From Mobula hypostoma (taxonomy: Eukaryota), in the NCBI RefSeq assembly GCF_963921235.1, contig NC_086097.1:90894001-90958000 (forward strand): DNA of 64,000 nt. Reading direction: 5' to 3'. Positions 48,741 to 60,311 of this stretch are shown one piece after another (the stretch's first letter is position 1; every line of letters starts with the position of its first letter). The notes below the pieces were generated by a model. That model was not told where the DNA came from. It saw only the letters and a list, made by a program, of their open reading frames with translations, and searched no databases. The position numbers were made by a program, and so were the translations under genes.

Positions 48741-51700
48741 TGCAGGGATTTTTTTTTACAAATAAAATGATGTGGCCATTTTACGTTTAAGAAAAACTGT
48801 AGCAACTCATTTATTGTACTCCAAATACTGAACATGAAGCGGGATAACAGAACTTCAAGTAATTATGTCATCACGTCAGACCAGCCTCTTAAAGTGAACC
48901 CCAACTCTATGGCATTGGTTGTGATTTATGTACGTTTCACCAATTACATCACCCTACACAGTACCCCCCCCCCCCGCCCCTCCCCATAATTCATTAAAAC
49001 TGGCATCGGGAGCCTGTCTGGAGCTCGGATGAGCCGCCCGGATTTACTGAAACACATTCAGGTTTACCCCTTGTATCTATGATAAACGTCTTTCCTCTCT
49101 GTCCAAAATGCAGAACAGGCTACCATAATGGGGCCTAAGGGGATGCTGGTGTGCATCATGGCAGACGGAAACAAACAAGGTGGAATGAGGGTCAAAAGGA
49201 ACCCAAGAGTGCTGTGCACCATGATGTGAGGTAGGAATAGGTGCAAAGGAATTGAATTTACTGAGGAGGATGGAATGCTGTTGGAAGGCAGACCAGATGG
49301 TCTCTCAATAAAATCAGCTGGCACTCATAAAGGCAGCCTGTATATCAATTCAGCTGCAGATGAATGCAGGCCCTCATCTGGAGCTGTTCTGAGCCCCAGC
49401 AGAACCTACAGGAGATGATCATGCCAACACTCATCCATCAGGGAAGCCCTCTGATGAAACCACTCGCATAGGCCATTGGACTGCGGGTGATACACCGTGG
49501 TGTTGTGTAACCTAATGCCAAGATTCTGGGCCATTGCAGCCCAGATATGAATTGGGGACCGCGGTCAGAGGAACTATCAGAGGAGGTGCAAAACCAAGCA
49601 ACCCAGATGCTGATGAATGCCCAAGCCACATCTGAGGCCATCGTCAATAGAAGAGGGATGACCTCTGGCCATCAAGTTGTACAGTTCACCATGGTAAGGA
49701 GGAGCATGAAACCACGGGAACGGGGAAGAGAACCAACAAGGTCCACATTGACATGATCAAATCATCCCTCATGGACCTCAAAGGTATCAATTGTGCCTGT
49801 ACCTGATGGTTAATTTTTGCCCGCTGGCAATCCATGCAGGCTACACTCCGATCATGCATGTCCTTTTTATTCCGTCCCACACAAACATTAACGCAACCAG
49901 TTTCTGTGATGCGAGAGGCAATGTATGGTGTTAATAATAGCCCGCATCCAGTTCGTGGGTGAGGGCAACTGGTTGAGACTTCGTACAGGAGAAAAACCCC
50001 AGCTTCCCCAAACTTGTCAGCCAGCCACAGGCCCATGACTGCCGTTTGCTAAGCCTGGACCTCTGGGTCAGCGGTTTGGTCAGCTGCCAGCCCCCATGTG
50101 TATGGCCTCAATGGCTGGCCGTGAGAGGCAATCAGCCACAGCATTACTTTTCCCCTCAATATGCTGTACATCAGTTGTGAACTCTAATATGTAGGCCAAT
50201 TGGTGTCGCATCCGTGTAGACCAAGGGTCTGATATTTTGGCCATCGCATGCATGAGGGGTTTGTGGTCAATGAAAGCTCTGAAATGGCAACCTTCTAGAA
50301 GTAAACGAAAATGGTGGACAGACAGATAGAGACTAAGAAGCCCATGGTCAAACGTGCTGTATAACCTTTTGGAGGGATGGAGCTGCCAGCTGAAGAAGAT
50401 GAGCAGCTGCCACATGCCTCTGACCAACTGTCTGTGCACAGTACCCACAGCATAGACTAAAGCATCAGTGGTAATGGCTATGGGTGTGTTGGAAAGTGGG
50501 TGCCCCAGTAGGGTCACATTGGAAAGAGCTTGTTTGGTATCATCAAATGCCCTGGTTATGTCCACTGACCAGTCAAGCACTTGATCAGGAGTATTGCCTT
50601 TAAGTGCACTATACAGGGGGAGCATATGTTCAGCAGCTTGAGGAATGAACCTGGTGATAGAAATTCACCACACCTAAAAACTCCTGTTGTTTTTCAGTAA
50701 TGCAGGGAAGTGGGAAATCTATAATAGCAGCTACTTTTAATTGGAGGGGTTTCACACCTTCTGCGGAGATGCAGTGGCTGAGAAAGTCAATGACTGACAA
50801 CCCAAACTGACATTTAGCGAAGTTAATAATCAACCCAAGTTGGCTTAAATGCTCAAAAAGTGTGCGGAGATGAGATACATGTTCAGATTTGGAATGATTG
50901 ATATCAAGTAGGTCGTCCAGGTAAATAAATAGAAGATCTAAGTCTTTTCATACAGATTCCATCAGCCATTGGAAAGACTGTGCGGCATTTTTCACCCAAA
51001 ATAGGCATGCACAGAAACTCAAGATGCTAAATGAGGTTATCACGGCTGTTTTGGGAATGTCCTTCAACCACACTAGTACCTGATGGTAAATTGACTTTGG
51101 AAAAAATTAACTTTATGGCTAAGTGTGCCAAAATGTCTTGGATGTGAGGGACTGGGTAAGGATTGCAAGTGTTGATCTCTTTAAGGCATCAGTAATTGCC
51201 ACATGTGTGGCAACCACCATCAGACTTAGAGACCATATGGAGCAGCAAAGTCCTGGGGCTATTCTACTGACGTACAATGCAAAATCTTCCCACGTTTGCA
51301 AACTCAGCCTTCATGGTTGCCTGCTTTTCTGGGTCCAATCTATGTGCTCGGGCATGGACTGGTGGGCCAGTTATGGAAATGTGGAGCACAATCCCATGTT
51401 TCTTGACCGTAGTGGAGAATGTGGGCTTGGTGAGGTTTGGGAATTCATCCAACAGTCAAGTAAATTCACATGTGATGGTGCATGCACTTGACAGAGTTGT
51501 CATGGGGAACTTACTGGGGGAGCAGGATAACAACCCAAAGTCCTTGACATCCACAAGCCGGCAGTTCTTAAGATCGACTAACAGTCCTTGGGCACACAGG
51601 AAACCTGCACCGAGCAAAGGTCTAGCCACTTTAGCCAGACTGAAGTTCCATGTGTAACATCACCCACTGAAACAGAGCATCACCCATCATGTCCCGTAAC

Positions 51701-52788
51701 TCTGGATCCTGCTGCAGTTGGCGTCCTCCAGCGAGGTTTCATTGCTCTTTCCCTTCCTATCAATAGGCAATGCTGGCGGCACACTCACTTGAGCACCCGT
51801 GTCATACAGGAAATGTCGCTCTGAAAGAGTGCCTGTGATGAACAGTAGACTTCTCTGGTAGCTGCAACCCACAGTGTTCACAGACCCCTGATGCTCCGAT
51901 CCACTGGCACTGTCGGAGTGCAAGGCGGTCAGCAATTCCTAACATTCGTACCAAAACGAGCGTGGTAAAAACACAGACCTGGTGTAGTCTGTTTCACAGC
52001 ATCAGTTAGTAGTCTGTTTCGTGTGCTTATGTTGCAATCCTTGCTGACCGGGCTTATTGAGGTAGGGAAAGGAGGAGGAATGATGCAACGCTGCCCAGCT
52101 GAGTGTAGACTATCAGCCATTGATTAGGCTGATGAAGATTTGCTGCATGAAGATTTCTTTAAAAATAAAACAAGGATGGTAGTTTCCCAGGAGAGACAGC
52201 ATGTGTTCCACTAGCTCCAAAAGATTAGCATCGCCGAGGCTGGGCAAGGAGAGCAACTGTTTGGCGCACTCAGATTCCGATAGTCTGGAAGTCTGTAAAA
52301 GGTGAGTTTTCAGTGATCAGTATTTATCGTGTTTATGTGGGTGCTCTAGTAAACTCACCACTCCCGCAGCTGTGGAGTTGCTCAGTGATGCTACTACATT
52401 AAAAAAAATGGTGCTGTTAGTGGAGATTTCTTACAGCAAGAATTGGCCCTCGGCCTGTACAAACCAAGCAACGGCACTTCGCTTCCAAACTCAGGCAGTT
52501 TCAAAATGACTGCATTGACCGACGTGTTCAATAACTCCAGAATCATCCCAAGGTATCGGGGTCACCGATGCAGGGTTTTGCAAATAAAGCAATGTGAGGC
52601 ATTTTATGTTTAATACAAACTGTAACAACTTATTTATTGCACTCCAAAACCTGAATACAAAACGGGGTAACAGAACTTCATGTAATTCCATCATCACCTC
52701 AGACCAGCCTCTTAAAGAGAACACCAACTCAATGTCGGTGGTTGAGAATTATGTACTGTATATTTCCACTAAATTACATTACCCTTCA
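48741..52788 (-). mobile_element. Two-LTR Gypsy retrotransposon (CsRN1-like), degraded
   Basis: LTRs at 48741-48958 and 52569-52788 (TG...CA). PBS TCGGTGACCCCGA (tRNA-Trp-like) next to the 5' LTR. G-run PPT at about 48959-48975. gag KLPEF...AWFVQAEGQF, protease DTGA, RT YLDD near 50915, RNase H (ORF 50080-50625) and integrase (SDRGPQF) in Gypsy order. Confidence 0.9.
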
Positions 52789-52789
52789 A

Positions 52790-53600
52790 ACTATACCATT
52801 GCAATGGAACAGCACCCAAATCTTCTTGTAATGAAGGTCAACATGCCATTGTCTTTGATCAATTGCTGCACTTGCATTTTGGTTTCCAATGATTTGCTTA
52901 TAATATTGCCTACATTTCTTTGAACATTAATATTACCTACTCCTCAGCCTTTAAAATATACTCTATTATTTTGTGCTCCTACATGGACAACGTCACATGT
53001 TCTACATTGTGTGGCATTTGCCATGTTCTCAGTCTCTCACACATCTTCTCATCATTTCCTGAACCTTCTTTCTGTCTCCTCCCTGTCCACAATGTCACCG
53101 AATATTGTGTCATCAGCAAATATGGAAATATGACATCTGGTTCCTGCAGTCAAATTGCTGGCATAGGCTGTGAATAGCTGTGGCCCTGAGAACTAATTCT
53201 TGAAATACTCCATTAGACACAGTCCGTCAACCTGAGAAAGGTTTGTTCACTCCCACTCTGTTTTCTGTGCGATGACAAAGTCTTAACCCATGACTGGACA
53301 TTACACTCAATTCTATCTTTGTTGACCACACTTCTATGTGGGTCCTTCTCAATAGCCTTCCAAGAATCTAAATGCACTAAATCCTTGGGATGCTCTTTTT
53401 CTAAATGAACAGTCTGATCCTGAAAGAACTCCAACATTTTAGAAACCCGTGCTCATCTACTCATCTTATTTTTCTTCCAGCACCATGCCTATGTTAGACT
53501 TACAGGTAACCAGTTTTCTAATTTCATTCTCTGTCCTTTTTTTCCAATGGAGGCATCATACTTGCTGCCTCCCAGTCCCCAGGCAATTCCAATATTGGTC
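52790..53600 (-). mobile_element. Old CR1 fragment, continuing from about 48120-48740 across the Gypsy insertion
   Basis: ORF 53213-53437 (LEFF...VHLDSWKAIEK) and TGTGTCATCAGCAAAT (FADDT). Confidence 0.65.
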
Positions 53601-53857
53601 TATTTGTTCTCTTTGATGAGCTGGAATCTCCTCCAATTAGGTGGCTTTGAAATGCCTCTGCTTTTAGGCTGCTTATTGAGTAAGGTCTGAACTGTAACAC
53701 TGCGCCCAAGACATTAAGGCATTCAGTCATAAGTCTTAATTTCAAATGGTGCAACCAGATTCCCTGTAGGTCAACATTTAAAAATTAAAATCTGAGCTTC
53801 TAAGCCAGGGTGCTGACCTGCACTGTTTCACAAAGTCAAGGACATCACTATTTTTTT

Positions 53858-54910
53858 AGAACATAGAATATAGAAGAGTACAGCACAGTACAGGCCCTTC
53901 TGCACACAATATTGTACCAATGTTTTAACCTGCTCCAAGATCAATCTAACCTTTCTCTCCCACATAGCCCTCTATTTTTCTTTCATCATTTCTATAATGA
54001 GCTAACCAGAACTGAACTCAATACTCCAATTGTGATTTTATCAGTATTTTATGGAGTTGCAACATTACCGCACAGTTCTTGAGCTCAGTCCCTCAACTAA
54101 TGTTGGCCAGCACACCATACACCTTCTTAACCACCCTCTCAACCTGCATGGCAACTTTGAAACATCTATGGACATGTATCAAGATCCCTCTGTTCCTCCA
54201 CTTTGCTAAGGATTCAGACTTTAACCATGTACTGTATTCTGCCTTCAAATAGACTTTCCAAAGTCAATTACTTTGTACTTTTCCACGTTAAATTCCACTT
54301 GTCACTTCTCATCTTAGCTCTGCATCCTGTCAGTCCTGTCTTAACCTACAGAATTCTTCTACACTATACACAACACCAACCCTTATGTCGGCTGTAAATA
54401 TACCAACCCACCCTTCTAATTCCTTATAAAGGTCATTTATAAAAATCACCATGAGTCCAAAAATAGATCCCTGAGGAACACCACTATTCATGAACCTCCA
54501 TGTAGTGTTCCTTCCATCTACGTCCACCCTTTGCCTTCTGTGAGCAAGCTAATTCTGAATCCACCCAGCCAAGTTTCCTTATGTCCCACACCTCCTGACT
54601 TTTTGATTGAGCCTACCATGAGGAACCTTATTGAACAACTTTCTAAAGTCTGAATACACTATATCCACTGCTCTATAGTGTATTCAGACTTTAGAAAGTT
54701 GTTCAATAAGGTTCCTTGAAGAAGTCAATCAGGTTTGTGAGGCACAACCTACCCCTCACAAAGCTATCCTTACTCCGACTATAATTCTCCAAATACTTAT
54801 AAATCCCATCTCTAAGAATCCTCTCCAATACTTTGCCCACCACTGTGATATAGACCAGTGTCTATAATTCCCAGGATTATCCCTGTTACCATCTTGAACA
54901 AAGGAAAAAC
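53858..54910 (-). mobile_element. Degraded CR1 LINE fragment
   Basis: CR1 tail AGAACATAGAATATAG. SGVPQGSI and INDL in ORF 54330-54527. Confidence 0.8.
54621..54716. repeat. Perfect inverted repeat with 43-bp arms and a 10-nt loop
   Basis: AGGAACCTTATTGAACAACTTTCTAAAGTCTGAATACACTATA - TCCACTGCTC - exact reverse complement. Confidence 0.97.
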
Positions 54911-55059
54911 TTTTGCCTGTGGCTGTTTTTCATTGTCAAAGAATCATATGGAGTTACAACATGGAAGCAAGCCCTTTGGTCTCCAAGTCCATTTGACCAT
55001 CAACCACCATTTATACTCATCCTACATTAATCCCACTTGTACTATTCTCCCACATTCTT

Positions 55060-55260
55060 CCCCGAAAGTCCCCCATTCAAGTATGCACAAGGGGCAATTT
55101 ACACTAGCTAATTAACTCATCAATGCCTTTGCGGTGGGGGAGGAGACCAGAACGTGCAGAAAACATGCAAACTTCTCATAGCCAGCACCCATGTCAGAAC
55201 GAAACCCAGGTCTCTGGTTCTTATGAGGCAGTGGTTCTGTTAGCTGCACCATTATGCTGA
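55060..55260 (-). mobile_element. Degraded HE1-like SINE
   Basis: GGGGCAATTTACA...AATTAAC...GGGGAGGAGACCAGAAC...GAAACCCAGGTCTCTGG. Confidence 0.55.
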
Positions 55261-56100
55261 CTGAATTGATACTTGAAACAATTTTCACCTCTATATCACC
55301 TCCTATGTTATCCAAAGCTTTTTTATAGTTGATAAAGTACTTTGAAAGTATCATCATTTTTAGGATCTAGAAATCATAAGCCTTCAATTTCCACAAAGCA
55401 AAGAAAAGCAAACAATAAAAAATGGATTGAAAGAAATATATGTTTGTATTTATGTAAACTCTTTGAAGACCTCAGGATATTGCAAAGCCATTTGCAAGCA
55501 ATGAAATACATTTTTTAGTCCTATATCATCAAAGATCATTGGAGTACTTTGCTGTTATGAAAAGAGTAAAATAAATCAGAGATTGTGCTTTATTCAGTGT
55601 TATGTGGCAAAGCACAGAAGTGATCGGTCAATACCAACTTTGCATGCTGTTGCTAAGTGGATTAAAATGCCTTGAATAACATGTGGACTGGTGTGTGCAC
55701 TGTTTGCAAATGAGGAGCTTAATGCCATCAGGAGTTTGTATATCTGCACCAGGCCCCATCTCATCTTCTGTGCCAGTTCCCCATAGTCATTAATTTCTAT
55801 TTCAAAAAGTTATTTTCTTTCTCTTTAACTACATCCAATGATCCAGCCTCTGAACCCTACAGGACCTCCAGAGATACACCACACTCTACAAGAAGAAGCA
55901 AGATGATCAGCGAATGGTCAGTTTTAAATCACCATCCACTGACCATGTAATTGTGCCATGAGGCAATTCCTACAGAACGTGCTTCCACCAAAGAATTGGT
56001 ATAATGAGCGGATAGTCAGTACAACTGAAAACAGAACATACTAACAAAACTTGGTCACTGTAGTCACACACTCCTTCCCTCTTCCTTAAGATGTTGCAGG

Positions 56101-56755
56101 AGGGAGGAGAAGATGGTGGCGCGATGCAGTGCGCGGCCATTCCGAATGAATATCGATTATGTGTTAACTAGGGGACCGTGCACAATCCGGATTTGATGGA
56201 GACAGCCGTGAGAAACACGGAGGAACACCTGGAGTAACTTCTGAAATTCCTGCTTCGCTGCTGTTGCTACTATGCGATCGAGAATCTCCAGAGGGGAAGG
56301 ACCCAAATCCTCAGCTTTGTGTATTGCCTGTTGCCAGGGCTGGGGTTGAAGCGCTCGGCAGAGATGGTGCTCGGTGCACGGTGTCAGAGAGCTGGTCGGA
56401 GGCTCGGAGTTTTCAGATGGACTCAGAGTCGGACTGTGGTCGGATGCTTCCAGGATGCTGCATCGGCAAGTTTGCGGCGCTGGAAGTTCACCGTCTGCGT
56501 GAGATGATGAGACTTTGGAGAGACTTTGACACTTTTACCGTGCCATGGTCTGTTCTTATCAAATTACAGTATTGCTTTGCACTGTTGCAGCTATATGTTA
56601 TAATTATGTGGTTTTTGTTAGTTTTTAAGTCAGTTTGTCATGTGTTTCTGTGATATCATTCTGGAAAAATATTCTATCATTTCTTAATGCATGCATTACT
56701 AAATGACCATAAAAGAGGACTGCATTTCCTCATAATCTAATCTAATCTAATAATA
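56101..56755 (+). mobile_element. Non-autonomous retroposon of about 650 bp with a CpG-rich head and (TAATC)n tail
   Basis: Starts GGAGGAGAAGATGGTGGCGCGATGCAG and ends CATAATCTAATCTAATCTAA. It interrupts the Gypsy RT frame. No recognisable protein. Confidence 0.6.
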
Positions 56756-57052
56756 TAATATTCCAAGGGTCACTATATACTTGGACGATATCCTATTTAC
56801 TAGAACTTCAGAAGGCTACAGAATTCAGAAGAAGTGTTGGGGAAACTGGGAAAAGCAGATGTACATTTAAAATGAAGTGTATGTACTTCTCTGGGATTCA
56901 GTAGGTAGGGTTTGGCATGGAAATTCACGGACTATACCCAATTCAAGAGAAAGTAAAACTCTTTATCAATGCGCCTGTGCCAACTAATGTAATTGAGTTA
57001 AATGTACATTTAGGATTGGCGAATTAGCGTAATAAATTCTCGTCAAATTTAG

Positions 57053-57870
57053 TGTGACGGAGTCCTGAATTACCCCTATGAACTGTACTTTTGAAAAGAG
57101 AGAGAGAGAGGTGCCCAACACAAACACCTTGTTAAAAAGAGAGAATAAGAAAGAGAGAGAGAGGCGAAGACTGCTCACAGCATGTTTATACTTTCTACAA
57201 GGACGCTGCCTGCTTGGAAATTCTTACAGAGAGGGAAGGGAGGAGCTGTTTGAGAGACAGTTGGTATTCAGCACGGGGAGATAAATGGAAAGTCAGATGA
57301 TAGACCTAGACACACATGGTTTTGGACACTGAATGAGCTTTGTTGTGCCCACAGAAAAAGTGGAGTTTTGGAGGATCGATTAGGTGGATCGATCAGTGGC
57401 TCTCGCAGTATGAAAAGGGTGTGACCGCTGGGGAGTTATTTGTGTGATCAACCCTCGCCTGGGTTGATAATTCCATCACAGAAGGATGGTCCCTTTTGTT
57501 TTGGTCACAGTCGGTGACTTCTAAAGGATTTCAGAGGACAATGGGAAGATCGACAGCGTCAGCTCACCTGAAGACTCAAATCTCTCCCTCTCTCTCTCTC
57601 CATCACTACTCAACTCAATACCACGAACTGAACTGAACTTTACTCATCATCGTAAGACTGTATCTATCTACCCCTAGACTTGAAGAAGCTTGATTTTCAT
57701 ATGTTTCCACACTTATATATACGTATACATCACTAACCTGTTTTATATATCTGATTTTATATTACTGTATTGCGTAGTTACTAATAAATAATATTAGTTA
57801 ATAGCAATACTGGACTCCAAAGTGTTTTCCATTTCTGTTGGTTCTTTGACCCGTCACGGGGTACGTGACA
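57053..57870 (+). mobile_element. Solo LTR, 818 bp
   Basis: TGTGACG...CGTGACA termini. 4-bp TSD TTAG (57049-57052 and 57871-57874). AATAAA at about 57783. Confidence 0.85.
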
Positions 57871-58567
57871 TTAGCAACACTCCAAAATCCATTGCACCAA
57901 TTGCTGTGACGTGGAGATGGACTGAAGTGCAATGAAAGCCTTTGTGCATTCTAAAGAATTGCTACATTCTGTTGGTGTACTGGTTCACTACCCAACAGAG
58001 GGTTACTGTTGTGAGGCAGAACCACATGGTACTGGTCCTGTGTTGTCCCATCGACAGAAGATACAAGTTGCTGATACAAGTTATATGCAGAATGCTGACG
58101 GCAGCAGATGAAATCCCATTCAGCTGGACAAAAATAGCTTAACCGAAATATTTGAAATGCCATTATTCCAGCAGTACATTTATGGATTTCACTTCATCGT
58201 TCTCACACAACATAAACCATTGATTTCCTTGTGCCATGAAATGAAGTCAATGTCTCAAATTGTTTCCGAGTTTAAAGACAGGTTTTGACCTTGAAAGCGT
58301 ATGAATACCAGGGAAATGCAAATGCTGTGTTTGATAAGTGATGGAAATGATTGCTAGTGAAGGAATTCAAGGCAAAGTACGGATATTAGATCTTCTGAAT
58401 ATGTTGCCCTGTGAACATTGTGAAATCAGGAAAGTGATAAAAAGATCATGCACTGCTTCAGCTTGGCTGTTAAATTAGCTTGGTAGGACGGAGAGTGTAT
58501 GAAGGGGAAAGTTTAGTTCTGTTAGCAATGTATGCAGTGATACAGAGTTGAAATGCCATTGTTATGT

Positions 58568-58685
58568 AGGAGACTGCAGATGGCAGAACCTGGAGCAGAA
58601 AGCAAGCTACTGCTGGAGATCTCAGTGGGTTGGGCAGAATTTGTGGAGGCAGAGGAATAGTCAATATTTTGGGTTGAGACCCTGA
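58568..58685 (-). mobile_element. Old Penelope terminal-repeat fragment
   Basis: GGAGACTGCAGATG...TGCTGGAGATCTCAG...AGTCAATATTTTGGGTTGAGACCC. Confidence 0.6.
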
Positions 58686-58739
58686 GGGTGTAAAGGGGAG
58701 AGTCTCAGTATAACGAGGTGAGGGGGAGCAGTGAGGTAT

Positions 58740-59590
58740 GGGCGAGCAAGAAGAGTACAAAACAGAAATAGAGAACCTTGTAACATGGTGTCAGGACAAC
58801 AATCTTTCCTTCAAGGTCAATAGCATAAGAGAGCTGGTCATTGCTTCAGGAAATGGGATAGATTACACCCCTTTGTTTGTATCATTGGTACTGAGGTGGA
58901 GATGGCTGTGAGCTTCATTCCTTGTATATCCTGGTACAGCCACATTGTCCCTAAACCCAAACAACATGCCAACACCTCTACTTCCTCAGAAGTCTAAGTA
59001 AATTAGACAGATCTCCTGACAGCTATTACCAATTTTTATAGAAACGTTATAGAGATTATATCATGTTATCCAGGTGCACCATAGCTTGACGTGGCAGCTG
59101 CTCCACCTAAGAATGTAAGAACTTGTAGAGAGTTCTGAACGCAGCCCAATACATCATGAAAACAGCCTCCTCTCCAATGACTCTGTCTACACCTCCTGCT
59201 GCCTCGTAAAAACTACCAACATAATTAAGGACCCTTCCCACTCTGGTCATTCTTTCTTCTCCCTTTCCTGCTGGTCAGAAGATGAAAAAGCTTAAACCCA
59301 TGGAACACCAGACGCAAGGGCAGCTTCTACCCTGCTGTTATCAAACTCTTGAACAGACCTCCCATAAGCTCAAAATCGGCTCTTGATTTCCCAAACTACC
59401 TCGTAGTGGCTCTGGCACCTTAATTTTCTACCTATCCTGCATTTGCTCTGTAGCGGTGACACAATATATGGCATTCTGTTCTCTGTTTGCTGTCTCAACG
59501 TACTTATGCATGGCAAGATCTGTCTGGATGGTACGCCAGCAAAAGATTTTCACTGCATCTAAGCACACCTGAATATAATAAACAACCAAC
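58740..59590 (+). mobile_element. Degraded Rex1/Babar LINE 3' part
   Basis: IENLVTWCQDNNL, LYFLRSL, IIKDPSH and SFYPAVIKLLN remnants. Confidence 0.75.
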
Positions 59591-59819
59591 ATTTCCAATG
59601 TTAGGTGGATCCTGGTGAGAAGGATTTATAGACAGATTGAGGGAAGGGTAGAGATAGTGACGAACATGATGTCTGTATACATTTGCGTTTGGCGATCATC
59701 TACTGCCACTGTTTCATCTTTGGTAGACACCACTTAGGTCAATCTCTATCAGATCTATGCACTCATCAGATATGAACAAAATTGATACACATCCTAAAGT
59801 GGAAAAACTCAGTTTTCTA

Positions 59820-60290
59820 TGCTCAGATATAACATTCCACTCCAAAGCTTCTTGTGGAAAATAAAAGCTCATGGCATCAGGGACAACATGTTGGCATAGA
59901 CAGATGCCTGAATGGCTAACAGGAAATAGAAGCTATGCGTGACTGGATGATGTGTAATTGTAATGAGGACTGTGCTTCTGGGATTAGTGCTGGGTTCAAT
60001 TTATGCAAATAACTTGTATGAATGCAGCAGAGAATTGGTTATTAACTTTGCTGATGACAAATAGATTGTTTGTAAAGTAAGGTCATAAGGAAGAAATATA
60101 TATCAGTTTCATGTGTGGCGAAAGATGCAGCAAATGATTTGGGAAATGTGAAATTATGGGAAAATGTTCATATTAACAGACAAAATAAAAAGAAGCGTGT
60201 AACCTAAATGGTGAGAGATTGCAGAGCTCCAAGAATGTAGAAGGATGTGGGTCTTCTGTGTATAATGTGCAAATGGTTGCTCTATACCTG
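59820..60290 (+). mobile_element. Highly degraded CR1 RT fragment
   Basis: KIKAHGI, FADD (about 60048) and LNGERLQ remnants. Confidence 0.6.
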
Positions 60291-60311
60291 GATCTTGGAC
60301 TTCTTAACAGA

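Larger units (their letters stand above)
55900..58550 (+). mobile_element. Ancient Gypsy pol remnant (RT/RNase H) split by two younger insertions
   Basis: MLQG (56091-56100) rejoins IPRVTIYLDDILFT (56760 onward). INAPVPTNVIEL follows. LATLQNPLHQLL resumes after the solo LTR. Outer boundaries are uncertain. Confidence 0.65.

Noticed and set aside
56264..56653. 129-aa protein-coding gene
   Set aside because: Lies wholly inside an inserted retroposon and shows no domain similarity.
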